NCBI GenBank assembly: GCA_031366795.1
Contig: JANLOX010000026.1
Coordinates: forward strand, 1-17,400
Direction: 5' to 3'
Length of the DNA stretch: 17,400 nucleotides
From: Candidatus Eiseniibacteriota bacterium
GTDB taxonomy: Bacteria > Eisenbacteria > RBG-16-71-46
Shown here: positions 1-7,353 of the stretch, in pieces
Layout: the number at the start of each line of letters is the position of its first letter
How positions within the stretch are numbered: position 1 is the first letter of the stretch
Program-made: the position numbers and the translations under genes
Notes under the pieces: generated by a model
Told to the model about the DNA's origin: nothing
Database searches by the model: none
What the model saw: only the letters and a program-made list of their open reading frames with translations

Positions 1-503
1 CGCAGCGTCTGGCCTGAATCGTTGCGCAGCTTGAGGTCCTTGTAACCCCAGGCAATGGTGGCGTCCTCGCCCACCGCGATGTAGTCGACGGGGCTCGAGT
101 GCCGCCAGCGCTCGACCGGAGTGAGGCCCGCGATCAGGGCGGCGGAAAACATCGTCGAGGCGACCTGGCAGATGCCGCCGCCCAGTTGCAGCTGGCGTTG
201 TTCGCGCAGGATGACGGGCGCCATCTGGTAGCCGCGTTCCAAAGTGCGCGGCCCCACGTGTTGGTTGAACGACAACTCGGCGCCCGGCTCGAGCACGGCG
301 CTGTCCAGTGCGGCCACCGCGAGGCGGATGTTGTGCGTGCGCGCCGCGAGACTGCCGAGCAGCGTGGTCGAAAACGACCCCAGCTCGACGGGGAAGCTGG
401 ATTCCTGGGCCTGTTGCCCCAAAAAGTCACCGGGCGCAGGGGACGCAACGCTCACGGCCGCCACGAAAGTAGCGATTACAACACTGGCGGTGCGAAGGCG
501 CAT
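1..503 (-). CDS. VanW-domain protein, probably exported (C-terminus runs off the left edge of the window)
   Basis: My own minus-strand translation from ATG at 503 gives MRLRTASVVIATFVAAVSVASPAPG...RTHNIRLAVAALDSAVLEPGAELSFNQHVGPRTLERGYQMAPVI...LGGGICQVASTMFSAALIAGLTPVERWRHSSPVDYIAVGEDATIAWGYKDLKLRNDSGQTL. The SFN..VG.R...GY, GGGICQV.ST, ER..HS and D.TI..G..DLK.RN motifs are characteristic of VanW. The N-terminus looks like a signal peptide, and a purine-rich GAGGCAAGG precedes the ATG. It is absent from the ORF track because there is no stop in the window. Confidence 0.9.
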   Translation of the reverse strand, partial: MRLRTASVVIATFVAAVSVASPAPGDFLGQQAQESSFPVELGSFSTTLLGSLAARTHNIRLAVAALDSAVLEPGAELSFNQHVGPRTLERGYQMAPVILREQRQLQLGGGICQVASTMFSAALIAGLTPVERWRHSSPVDYIAVGEDATIAWGYKDLKLRNDSGQTL

Positions 504-564
504 CCTTGCCTCGTCTTGACACGTTTCCAACAGGTCGTTCGGGGAGCGGGTGTGGGTGGCCGAT

Positions 565-594
565 AACTTAGTGGACCCCTTAAAACCCTGTCCA
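565..594 (-). promoter_or_regulatory. Candidate sigma70-type promoter for the VanW gene (TGGACA-N18-TAAGTT)
   Basis: On the minus strand TGGACA (594-589) matches TTGACA at 5/6, followed by an 18-nt spacer and TAAGTT (570-565, TAnnnT). It lies ~60 nt upstream of the ATG at 503, in a locally AT-rich patch. Confidence 0.35.
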
Positions 595-604
595 CCCCGA
601 GTTC

Positions 605-632
605 CTGACGACGCGGCCCAGCGTGCTATACT
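605..632 (+). promoter_or_regulatory. Candidate extended -10 promoter for the large plus-strand gene/operon (CTGACG-N16-TATACT with TGn)
   Basis: TG-C-TATACT at 624-632 is a near-consensus extended -10, and CTGACG at 605-610 is a partial -35. It sits ~40 nt upstream of the proposed TTG start at 671 and overlaps the GTG start used by the ORF track. Confidence 0.5.
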
Positions 633-670
633 TTGGCCCCCTCCGGCACATCCTCCTAGGAGCACGCATC

Positions 671-3600
671 TTGTTTCGCAGAGCATTGCTCGTTGCCTGG
701 CTGGGTTGCACGGGGCTAGCCATCTCACAGGCGTCGATCGCCGCCACGGTTCCCACGTCATTCGTGGACGAAAACGTGGTTCCGGGCGCGACGTTCGTGG
801 ATCCCACCGCCATCACCTTCCTGCCCGGCGGACGCCTGTTGGTCGCCGAGCAACGCGGCCGCGTCTACACGGTGACAAGTGGCGTGAAGAGTGCCAATCC
901 GCTGTGGGCGCGCGAGAACGAAGTACTCTACGACGGTGATCGCGGCCTGCTCAGCATCGCGGTGGACCCGAACTACGTCTCCAACCACTACCTGTATTTC
1001 CTGTACTCCGTCGATCCCGACACGAACGGCGTCGACACTTCACCCAGCGACAACTTCGGCCGCATCTCGCGCTACACGGTGAGCTTCACCGATTCGACCA
1101 CCGTCGACTATGCGACCCGGCTGGTGCTGATGGGCGTCAGCTGGCGGGCCGGGCCGCTCGACGCGAACAATTCGCATGCCGTGGGCGCGCTGCGCTTCGG
1201 CCGCGACGGCAGCCTGTTCTTCTCGGCGGGAGACGGCGCATCGTACAACGTCGCCGATGCCGGTGGGCTCGACGTGGGCGACTTCGGCGCAGGTCCCAAC
1301 CTCAGCGATCCCTACGACGACATCGGCGCCTTTCGCGCCCAGTCGCTGTCGTGCCTGAGCGGCAAGGTGATGCGCATCAACCCGGCGAACGGGGCGGGCT
1401 ACGTCAGCAATCCCTACTACGATGGCAATCCCTATTCGACGCGCTCGCGCATCTGGGCCTACGGCATGCGCAATCCATTCCGCTTCACCGTTCGTCCCGC
1501 CACGGGCGTCGCCGATACCTCGGCTGGAAATCCAGGCCGCGTTTACATTGGCGACGTCGGCTGGAACAACTGGGAAGAAGTGAACGTGGTACGCACGCCA
1601 GGCTCCAACTTCGGCTGGCCATGTTTCGAAGGGCCCGGCGAGGTGTCGCAGTACCAGACCGCGAATCCCGCGCACAATGATTGCAGCTCGATGGGGACTG
1701 CGGACAATCCCGCGTTCCAGACGTCCCCAATGATGGCGTGGAACCACTCCGACGCCTCGATCGGCACGCCACCGGGATTCATCGGCGCCTGCGTGATCGG
1801 CGGTTTGTTCTACGCCGGCTCGAGCTATCCTGCGCAGTACCGCGGTGCCTACTTCTTCTCGGACTTCGGCTCCAACTGGATGAAGGTGGCGACGGTCGAC
1901 GCCAACGACCAAGTAGTCGCACTCAACGACTTCGCCACGGGCCTCGATGGCGCCGTCGACTTCGCCGCGGATCCCACGACCGGCGATATCTATTATGTCG
2001 CGATCAACACTGCGATGATCCGCCGCATTCGCTACACCGGGGCAACGGGCAACTCGCCGCCGATCGTCTCGGCTTCGGGCACGCCGACCTTTGGCATCGC
2101 CCCGCTCAGCGTCGCGTTTTCCAGCGCCGGCACGTTCGACCCTGAGAACAATCCCTACACCCTGATGTGGACGTTCGGCGATGGTCCGAATTCGACCGCC
2201 GCGAATCCCTCGCACATCTACACGGCGCCGGGCGCCTACCAGGCAATCCTGGCGGCGGATGATGGCATCGGTGGCATCGGGCGCGACACCGTGGTGATCG
2301 TGGTGTCCGCCGCGAACTCTTTTCCGTCAACGCCGGTGCTCGACAACTTCAATCGCGCCGACGGCGCGCTGGGTGCCCCGTGGATTGATGACCTCACGGG
2401 ATTGTCCGTGAACGCGAACACATTGGTTTCCTCCGGCGCGTATTCGGCGACCGAGTGGGGCGCCACGGTGTTCGGCCCGAACCAGGAAGCCTACATCACG
2501 ATGACGAACCCGGCGCCGACCGCAAGCGAGCAGGACCTGATGCTCAAAGTGCAGGGCGCCAGTTGGACGAGCGGTCATATCGAGGTGTGGTACTCGGCGC
2601 CCGACGCGCGGGTCAACATATACACCTTCTCGCCCGCGGAGAACTGGGTGGAGCGTGGCGCCATCAGCGGCGTGACCTACGCAGCGGGCCAGCGCTTCGG
2701 CGCCCGCGCGCTCGCCGACGGTACCGTTCAGGTCTACCGCAACGCGACGCTGCTCGGCACCGCTTCGGTTGGCAACTGGCCGTTCGCGACGCAGGGCGGG
2801 CGTATCGGCTTGTCCTTCGTCTCCTCCGTCGTAGGCCGTTACGACGACTTTGGCGGCGGCAATGTGAATCTCGGTGTGAGCACCTCACCGGTCGTGAGCG
2901 TGACCTCGCCCAACGGCGGCGAAGTGTGGACGGGCGGAACCGAACACGCCATCACTTGGACGGCGACCGATGACGTGGGCGTCACCGCGGTCGATGTCTA
3001 CTACCGCGATGCCCTGGCCTCGGCGTGGACGCCGCTGTCGCTGGCGCAGCCGAACACCGGCAGCTTCCTGTGGTCGGTTCACAACACTCCCTCGACGACC
3101 GCGCGCGTGCGCGTCGTGGCACGCGACGCCAGCGCGAACAGCGGCGCCGATTCAAGTAACGCGAATTTCACCATTGCCGCGACCCCGGGCGGCAAGGTGG
3201 CGACGACGCTGCGCGACTTCATGCAGCCGGGTACGCAGCCGCTGGGCGCCGGCACGTTCCAGAGCCACGACGCCTGCTACAACTGCCACGGCGGCTACAA
3301 CGCCGCCGTCGAACCGGGACAGACTTGGCGCGGCACCATGATGGCGCAGGCGGCGCGCGATCCGCTGTTCTATGCGTGCCTCGCCATTGCCGAGCAGGAC
3401 GCGCCGTCCTCGGGTGACCTGTGCATCCGCTGCCACGCGCCGATGGACTGGTTGTCGGGCCGCAGCCAGCCCACGAGCGGCGCCAAGATCAGCGCGATCG
3501 GGCGCGACGGCGTCTCGTGCGATTTCTGCCATCGCCTGGTCGACCCTATCTACCAGCCCGGAATCAGTCCCGTGGAAGACCAGGCCGTGCTCGCGGGCAT

Positions 3601-5095
3601 GCTGCCGGCGCACATTCCGACGAGCCGCATGAACGGGCAGTACGTGGTGGACTCCGACACGCGCCGCCGCGGCCCGTTCGCCGACGCGGTGACTCCGCAC
3701 CCGTTCATCGCCTCGGCGTTCCATTCCTCGAGCGATCTGTGCGCCACCTGTCACGACGTGTCGAACCCGGTGTTCTCGCACGCCGGTGGAGCCAAGTACG
3801 TGGCCGGCCCACTCAACGCACCGGCCGACTCGATCAACACCGCGGCGATCCTGCCGCTCGAGCGCACTTACAGCGAATGGAAGTTCAGCTCATTCCCGAG
3901 CGGCGTGTACGCGCCCGAGTTTGCAGGCAACGCGCCCGGCGGCATTGTTACGACTTGCCAGAGCTGCCACATGCGCGACATCACGGGCAAAGGCTGCAAC
4001 TACGGCACGCCGCCGACGCGCAATGACCTGCCGCTCCACGACATGACCGGCGGCAACGCCTGGATGGGCGGAGTCATCGCCTCGCTGAACCCGGGGGAGA
4101 CCGATGCCGCCGCCCTCGCCGCGGGTGCGGCGCGTGCGGTGTCGATGCTGCAGAAGGCCGCGACGATCGACGTGAATATGTCGCCCGCGGGAGACAGCGT
4201 GCGCGCGGTCGTGGTGGTGACCAACCACACCGGCCACAAGTTGCCGACCGGCTACCCCGAAGGCCGCCGCATGTGGATCCAGCTGCTCGCCAAGAACTCC
4301 GGCGGCAGCGTGCTGTACCAATCGGGTGCTTACGATGCGGCAACGGGTGTGCTCACGCAGGATGCGCGCACGCGGGTGTACGAGGCCGCGTTAGGTGTCT
4401 CACCCGGCTTCGCCGCGCAGATCGGCGTCGCGGCGGGGCCGTCATTCCACTTCGCGCTCAACGACACGTTGTACAAGGACAACCGCATTCCGCCGGTGGG
4501 ATTCAAGAACAGCACCTTCGACGCGTTCGGCGCCAAACCCGTCGACCCGAAGGGTCCCTCGCCGCGGTATCCCGACGGCCAGAACTGGGACATTGCAACC
4601 TACATGCTGCCGCCAGGCACCAACTCAGTGACGGCGACGCTCTACTACCAGACTGCGGCCAAGGAATACGTCGAGTTCCTGAAGAACGAGAACGTCACCA
4701 ACGGCTCGGGCACCACGCTCTACAACGCCTGGACCGCGAACGGCCGCTCGACGCCCATCGCCATGGCGCGCGACTCGGTCAGCCTGCAGACTCTCGATAC
4801 GTCCGGCACCGTAATTCCGCGCGTGCTGGCGCTGCGCGCGCTGACGAACCCTTTCCGCGGCCACCTCGAGATGATGCTGGCGTTGCCGCAAGCCGCCGAG
4901 GTCCGCGTCGAGATCCTCGACGTGGCCGGACGTATCGTGCGCAGACTCCCCGCGGCCCGCATGGCGGCGGGCGAACATCGCATCGGCTGGGATGGCAAGG
5001 GCGGCGACGGCCACGCGGTGAGCCCGGGAGCGTACTGGGCTGCGGTATGGGTCAACGACCGCCGGATGGTGCGGCACGTGGTGGCGCTGAGGTAG
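671..5095 (+). CDS. Secreted multidomain protein: glucose/sorbosone dehydrogenase (GSDH, PQQ-dependent sugar dehydrogenase family) beta-propeller + PKD + lectin-like beta-sandwich + Ig-like + pentaheme cytochrome c + FlgD_ig/T9SS-like C-terminal domain
   Basis: The track ORF is 623-5095. I prefer the in-frame TTG at 671, which has SD AGGAG at 658-662 and gives the signal-like MFRRALLVAWLGCTGLAISQASIAA. GSDH motifs are PTAITFLPGGRLLVAEQRG, DRGLLSIAVDPNY, SHAVGALRFGRDGSLFFSAGD, GKVMRIN, IWAYGMRNPFRF, GDVGWNNWEEVN and NFGWP. A PKD motif reads WTFGDG....ANPSHIYTAPGAY, and an Ig-like module reads SPNGGEVW...ITW. Five CxxCH motifs lie at 3275, 3422, 3518, 3740 and 3956. The C-terminus reads NPF...ILDVAGRIVR...WDGK...PGAYW. 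Confidence 0.9.
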   Translation: MFRRALLVAWLGCTGLAISQASIAATVPTSFVDENVVPGATFVDPTAITFLPGGRLLVAEQRGRVYTVTSGVKSANPLWARENEVLYDGDRGLLSIAVDPNYVSNHYLYFLYSVDPDTNGVDTSPSDNFGRISRYTVSFTDSTTVDYATRLVLMGVSWRAGPLDANNSHAVGALRFGRDGSLFFSAGDGASYNVADAGGLDVGDFGAGPNLSDPYDDIGAFRAQSLSCLSGKVMRINPANGAGYVSNPYYDGNPYSTRSRIWAYGMRNPFRFTVRPATGVADTSAGNPGRVYIGDVGWNNWEEVNVVRTPGSNFGWPCFEGPGEVSQYQTANPAHNDCSSMGTADNPAFQTSPMMAWNHSDASIGTPPGFIGACVIGGLFYAGSSYPAQYRGAYFFSDFGSNWMKVATVDANDQVVALNDFATGLDGAVDFAADPTTGDIYYVAINTAMIRRIRYTGATGNSPPIVSASGTPTFGIAPLSVAFSSAGTFDPENNPYTLMWTFGDGPNSTAANPSHIYTAPGAYQAILAADDGIGGIGRDTVVIVVSAANSFPSTPVLDNFNRADGALGAPWIDDLTGLSVNANTLVSSGAYSATEWGATVFGPNQEAYITMTNPAPTASEQDLMLKVQGASWTSGHIEVWYSAPDARVNIYTFSPAENWVERGAISGVTYAAGQRFGARALADGTVQVYRNATLLGTASVGNWPFATQGGRIGLSFVSSVVGRYDDFGGGNVNLGVSTSPVVSVTSPNGGEVWTGGTEHAITWTATDDVGVTAVDVYYRDALASAWTPLSLAQPNTGSFLWSVHNTPSTTARVRVVARDASANSGADSSNANFTIAATPGGKVATTLRDFMQPGTQPLGAGTFQSHDACYNCHGGYNAAVEPGQTWRGTMMAQAARDPLFYACLAIAEQDAPSSGDLCIRCHAPMDWLSGRSQPTSGAKISAIGRDGVSCDFCHRLVDPIYQPGISPVEDQAVLAGMLPAHIPTSRMNGQYVVDSDTRRRGPFADAVTPHPFIASAFHSSSDLCATCHDVSNPVFSHAGGAKYVAGPLNAPADSINTAAILPLERTYSEWKFSSFPSGVYAPEFAGNAPGGIVTTCQSCHMRDITGKGCNYGTPPTRNDLPLHDMTGGNAWMGGVIASLNPGETDAAALAAGAARAVSMLQKAATIDVNMSPAGDSVRAVVVVTNHTGHKLPTGYPEGRRMWIQLLAKNSGGSVLYQSGAYDAATGVLTQDARTRVYEAALGVSPGFAAQIGVAAGPSFHFALNDTLYKDNRIPPVGFKNSTFDAFGAKPVDPKGPSPRYPDGQNWDIATYMLPPGTNSVTATLYYQTAAKEYVEFLKNENVTNGSGTTLYNAWTANGRSTPIAMARDSVSLQTLDTSGTVIPRVLALRALTNPFRGHLEMMLALPQAAEVRVEILDVAGRIVRRLPAARMAAGEHRIGWDGKGGDGHAVSPGAYWAAVWVNDRRMVRHVVALR

Positions 5096-5105
5096 ACTCG
5101 GGCCC

Positions 5106-7343
5106 ATGAACGGGGCCCTTCGCACGCTTACCTGCCGTTTATTGATTGCCCTGGGCGCGCGGTTTGTGTGGGCCGCGCTGCCGGGTTGGGCCGTGGCAGC
5201 TTCGATGGGGGAGACGCTCCGTTCCGCCACCGCGCCGCTCGCCACGATCTCGCGCACCGGCATTGTCTATGATCGAGTGCTGCCGCTGGCGCATCTCGAA
5301 CGCTTTGATGGTAGCGAACCCTCGCCGCTGGTCGACCCCGCGACTTGGAAGCAGGCGTGGGACGAACTGCGCCGTGCTTCCGCGGCGCCGGAGCGCGTGC
5401 CCACGCTCGATGCGATCGCAGCCGGAGCGCGCGCGGAGATCCAGCGCGGCGTGATTCCGCTTGCGGTGTTCGATCGGGCGTTCGAGCGCATACGCCCCGG
5501 CGCATTGCAGGATGGATCGCTCACCGTCGAGCCGGACCGCATCGTGGGCGTCAACTCCGGCGCATTGATGGAGCAGCGCGCATTCGCCGCGAGCGCGCTT
5601 GTGGCGCGAACCTACCACGGCGGTGATGTTGCGTTCTCGCTCGATCCGAGCCGCATGTTCTGCGATGGCGGGCAGCCGCGCTCGCTCGAGATCGATCTCG
5701 CTGATGGGCGCGGTTTGATGGCGCTGGCACCCGGTAAGCCCGTGCGCGCGCGCTACGCCGAAACCGGTCCGCACACGCTGCGGCTGCGCCTGACGCGCGC
5801 GGACGGCAGCGTGGCAGTCTCGCGCTTCGTGCTCGATGTCGCAGCACTCGCGACGCCGACTCCTGACGATACACTGCATATCGTCGCGAGCACGCAGTAC
5901 CAGAGCGTGAGTGGCACTGGCGACGCGTACGTGTATCGCGCGCAGGGACACACGCAGATCGTGAACCCTGTGGTGGTGATCGAGGGCTTCGACACCGATA
6001 ACAGCATGAACTGGGACGAACTCTACGCGTTGCTCAACAAGCAGAACCTGATCGAGACCCTGCGCGCCGATGGCTTCGACGCGGTGGTGCTCAACTTCAC
6101 CGACGCCACCGCCGCGATCCAGCAGAACGCGTTTGTCGTCTCGCAACTATTGCTGCAGGTGCAGTCCGAGATTGCTCCGCAGACCACGATCGCCCTGGTC
6201 GGCGCGAGTATGGGCGGCCTGTGCTCGCGTTACGCGCTGGCCTGGATGGAGGCGCACGCCGTGCCGCACCGCGTGCGCGTGTGGTTGTCGTTCGACAGCC
6301 CACAGGCAGGTGCCGACATTCCTCTGGGCCTGCAGTACTGGATCAATTTCTTCTCGGGGCAATCGGCCTCCGCCGCGGCGTTTCTCACCACGCTGCAGCG
6401 TCCGGCCGCGAAACAGATGCTGCTCTATCACTTCACCACCCCGGCCGGGACCACGGGCCAGCCTGATCCAATGCGCGCGACGATGCTCGCCGACTTTGCG
6501 TCGGCAGGTAACTACCCGGCGCTGACGCGACGCGTGGCCATCGCGAACGGCAGCGGTACCGGCGCAAACCAAGGCTTCCTGCCGCTCGATCAGGTGATCC
6601 GCTACGAGTACTCCTCGATCCTCGCCGCGATCACCGGCAACGTCTGGGCGCTACCCGATCAGGCCAGCGGCCGGATCTTCAACGGCAGCATGCGCATTCT
6701 GTTCTCGACCACCACGCAATCCGTGACCGTTTCAGGCACGCAACCCTGGGACGGCGCGCCCGGCGGCTACCGAAACTCGTTCACCGAGCTCGACACAACC
6801 GCCGCGCCCTACGGCGATATCATCGCGTTGCACCCCGCGCACTGCTTTATCCCCACGGTGAGCGCGCTGGCGGTGCAGGGTGCGGGACCGTTCTACAGTT
6901 TGCAGGGCGACCCAAACCTGCTCTCGCACACGCCGTTCGATGCGGTGTACACGCCCGCCGCGAACCAGGAACACGTGCTGATCACGCCTGAGAATGCGGT
7001 GTGGGTGCGCAACGAGATCGAGTCCCGGCTGCTCGCGGTGCCGGGTTCGCTGCCGGGGGCCGGCTCGGGCGTGTCGCTCGCGGCGCTGTCGCCGAATCCC
7101 TTCACGAGCGCGGCGCGAATCACGTTCGCGTTGCCCCGCGAGGGCGTCGCCGACCTGCGCGTCTACGACGCCGCGGGCCGTGAAGTGCGCGCGCTGGTCC
7201 ATGAGTCGCGCGCGGCGGGGACGTACACGATCAGCTGGGATGGCAACGACGAGCGCGGCCAGCGGGTGAGGGCCGGCGTCTACTTCGTGAGGCTCGTGGC
7301 GGGAGCGGCAGGCGCATTTTGCCGCCTCGCCAAGCTCGACTAG
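5106..7343 (+). CDS. Secreted alpha/beta-hydrolase (lipase/esterase, PGAP1/DUF676-like) with an N-terminal domain of unknown function and a FlgD_ig/T9SS-like C-terminal domain
   Basis: This 745-aa ORF has a signal-like N-terminus, an oxyanion-region motif VVVIEGFD and a nucleophile elbow LVGASMGGL (GASMG at 6201-6215). Downstream are SFDSPQAGA and a candidate catalytic His in QEHVLI. The C-terminus reads SPNPF...VYDAAGREVR...WDGNDERG...AGVYFVRL. Confidence 0.8.
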   Translation: MNGALRTLTCRLLIALGARFVWAALPGWAVAASMGETLRSATAPLATISRTGIVYDRVLPLAHLERFDGSEPSPLVDPATWKQAWDELRRASAAPERVPTLDAIAAGARAEIQRGVIPLAVFDRAFERIRPGALQDGSLTVEPDRIVGVNSGALMEQRAFAASALVARTYHGGDVAFSLDPSRMFCDGGQPRSLEIDLADGRGLMALAPGKPVRARYAETGPHTLRLRLTRADGSVAVSRFVLDVAALATPTPDDTLHIVASTQYQSVSGTGDAYVYRAQGHTQIVNPVVVIEGFDTDNSMNWDELYALLNKQNLIETLRADGFDAVVLNFTDATAAIQQNAFVVSQLLLQVQSEIAPQTTIALVGASMGGLCSRYALAWMEAHAVPHRVRVWLSFDSPQAGADIPLGLQYWINFFSGQSASAAAFLTTLQRPAAKQMLLYHFTTPAGTTGQPDPMRATMLADFASAGNYPALTRRVAIANGSGTGANQGFLPLDQVIRYEYSSILAAITGNVWALPDQASGRIFNGSMRILFSTTTQSVTVSGTQPWDGAPGGYRNSFTELDTTAAPYGDIIALHPAHCFIPTVSALAVQGAGPFYSLQGDPNLLSHTPFDAVYTPAANQEHVLITPENAVWVRNEIESRLLAVPGSLPGAGSGVSLAALSPNPFTSAARITFALPREGVADLRVYDAAGREVRALVHESRAAGTYTISWDGNDERGQRVRAGVYFVRLVAGAAGAFCRLAKLD

Positions 7344-7353
7344 CTTCTGCCTC

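Noticed and set aside
1..503. Vancomycin resistance locus implied by the VanW domain
   Set aside because: VanW domains are widespread outside van clusters, and no vanHAX/vanRS-like genes are visible here.
516..521. Perfect TTGACA on the plus strand
   Set aside because: There is no -10-like hexamer at 16-18 nt spacing (the sequence there is TCGGGG), so it is not supported as a promoter.
99..566. Plus-strand ORFs 99-566 and 244-519, and minus-strand ORF 134-448
   Set aside because: These are shadow or off-frame readings of the minus-strand VanW gene and show no recognisable motifs.
623..670. GTG start at 623 for the large protein
   Set aside because: It has no SD and overlaps a near-consensus extended -10. 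The TTG at 671 has AGGAG 8 nt upstream and gives a cleaner signal peptide.
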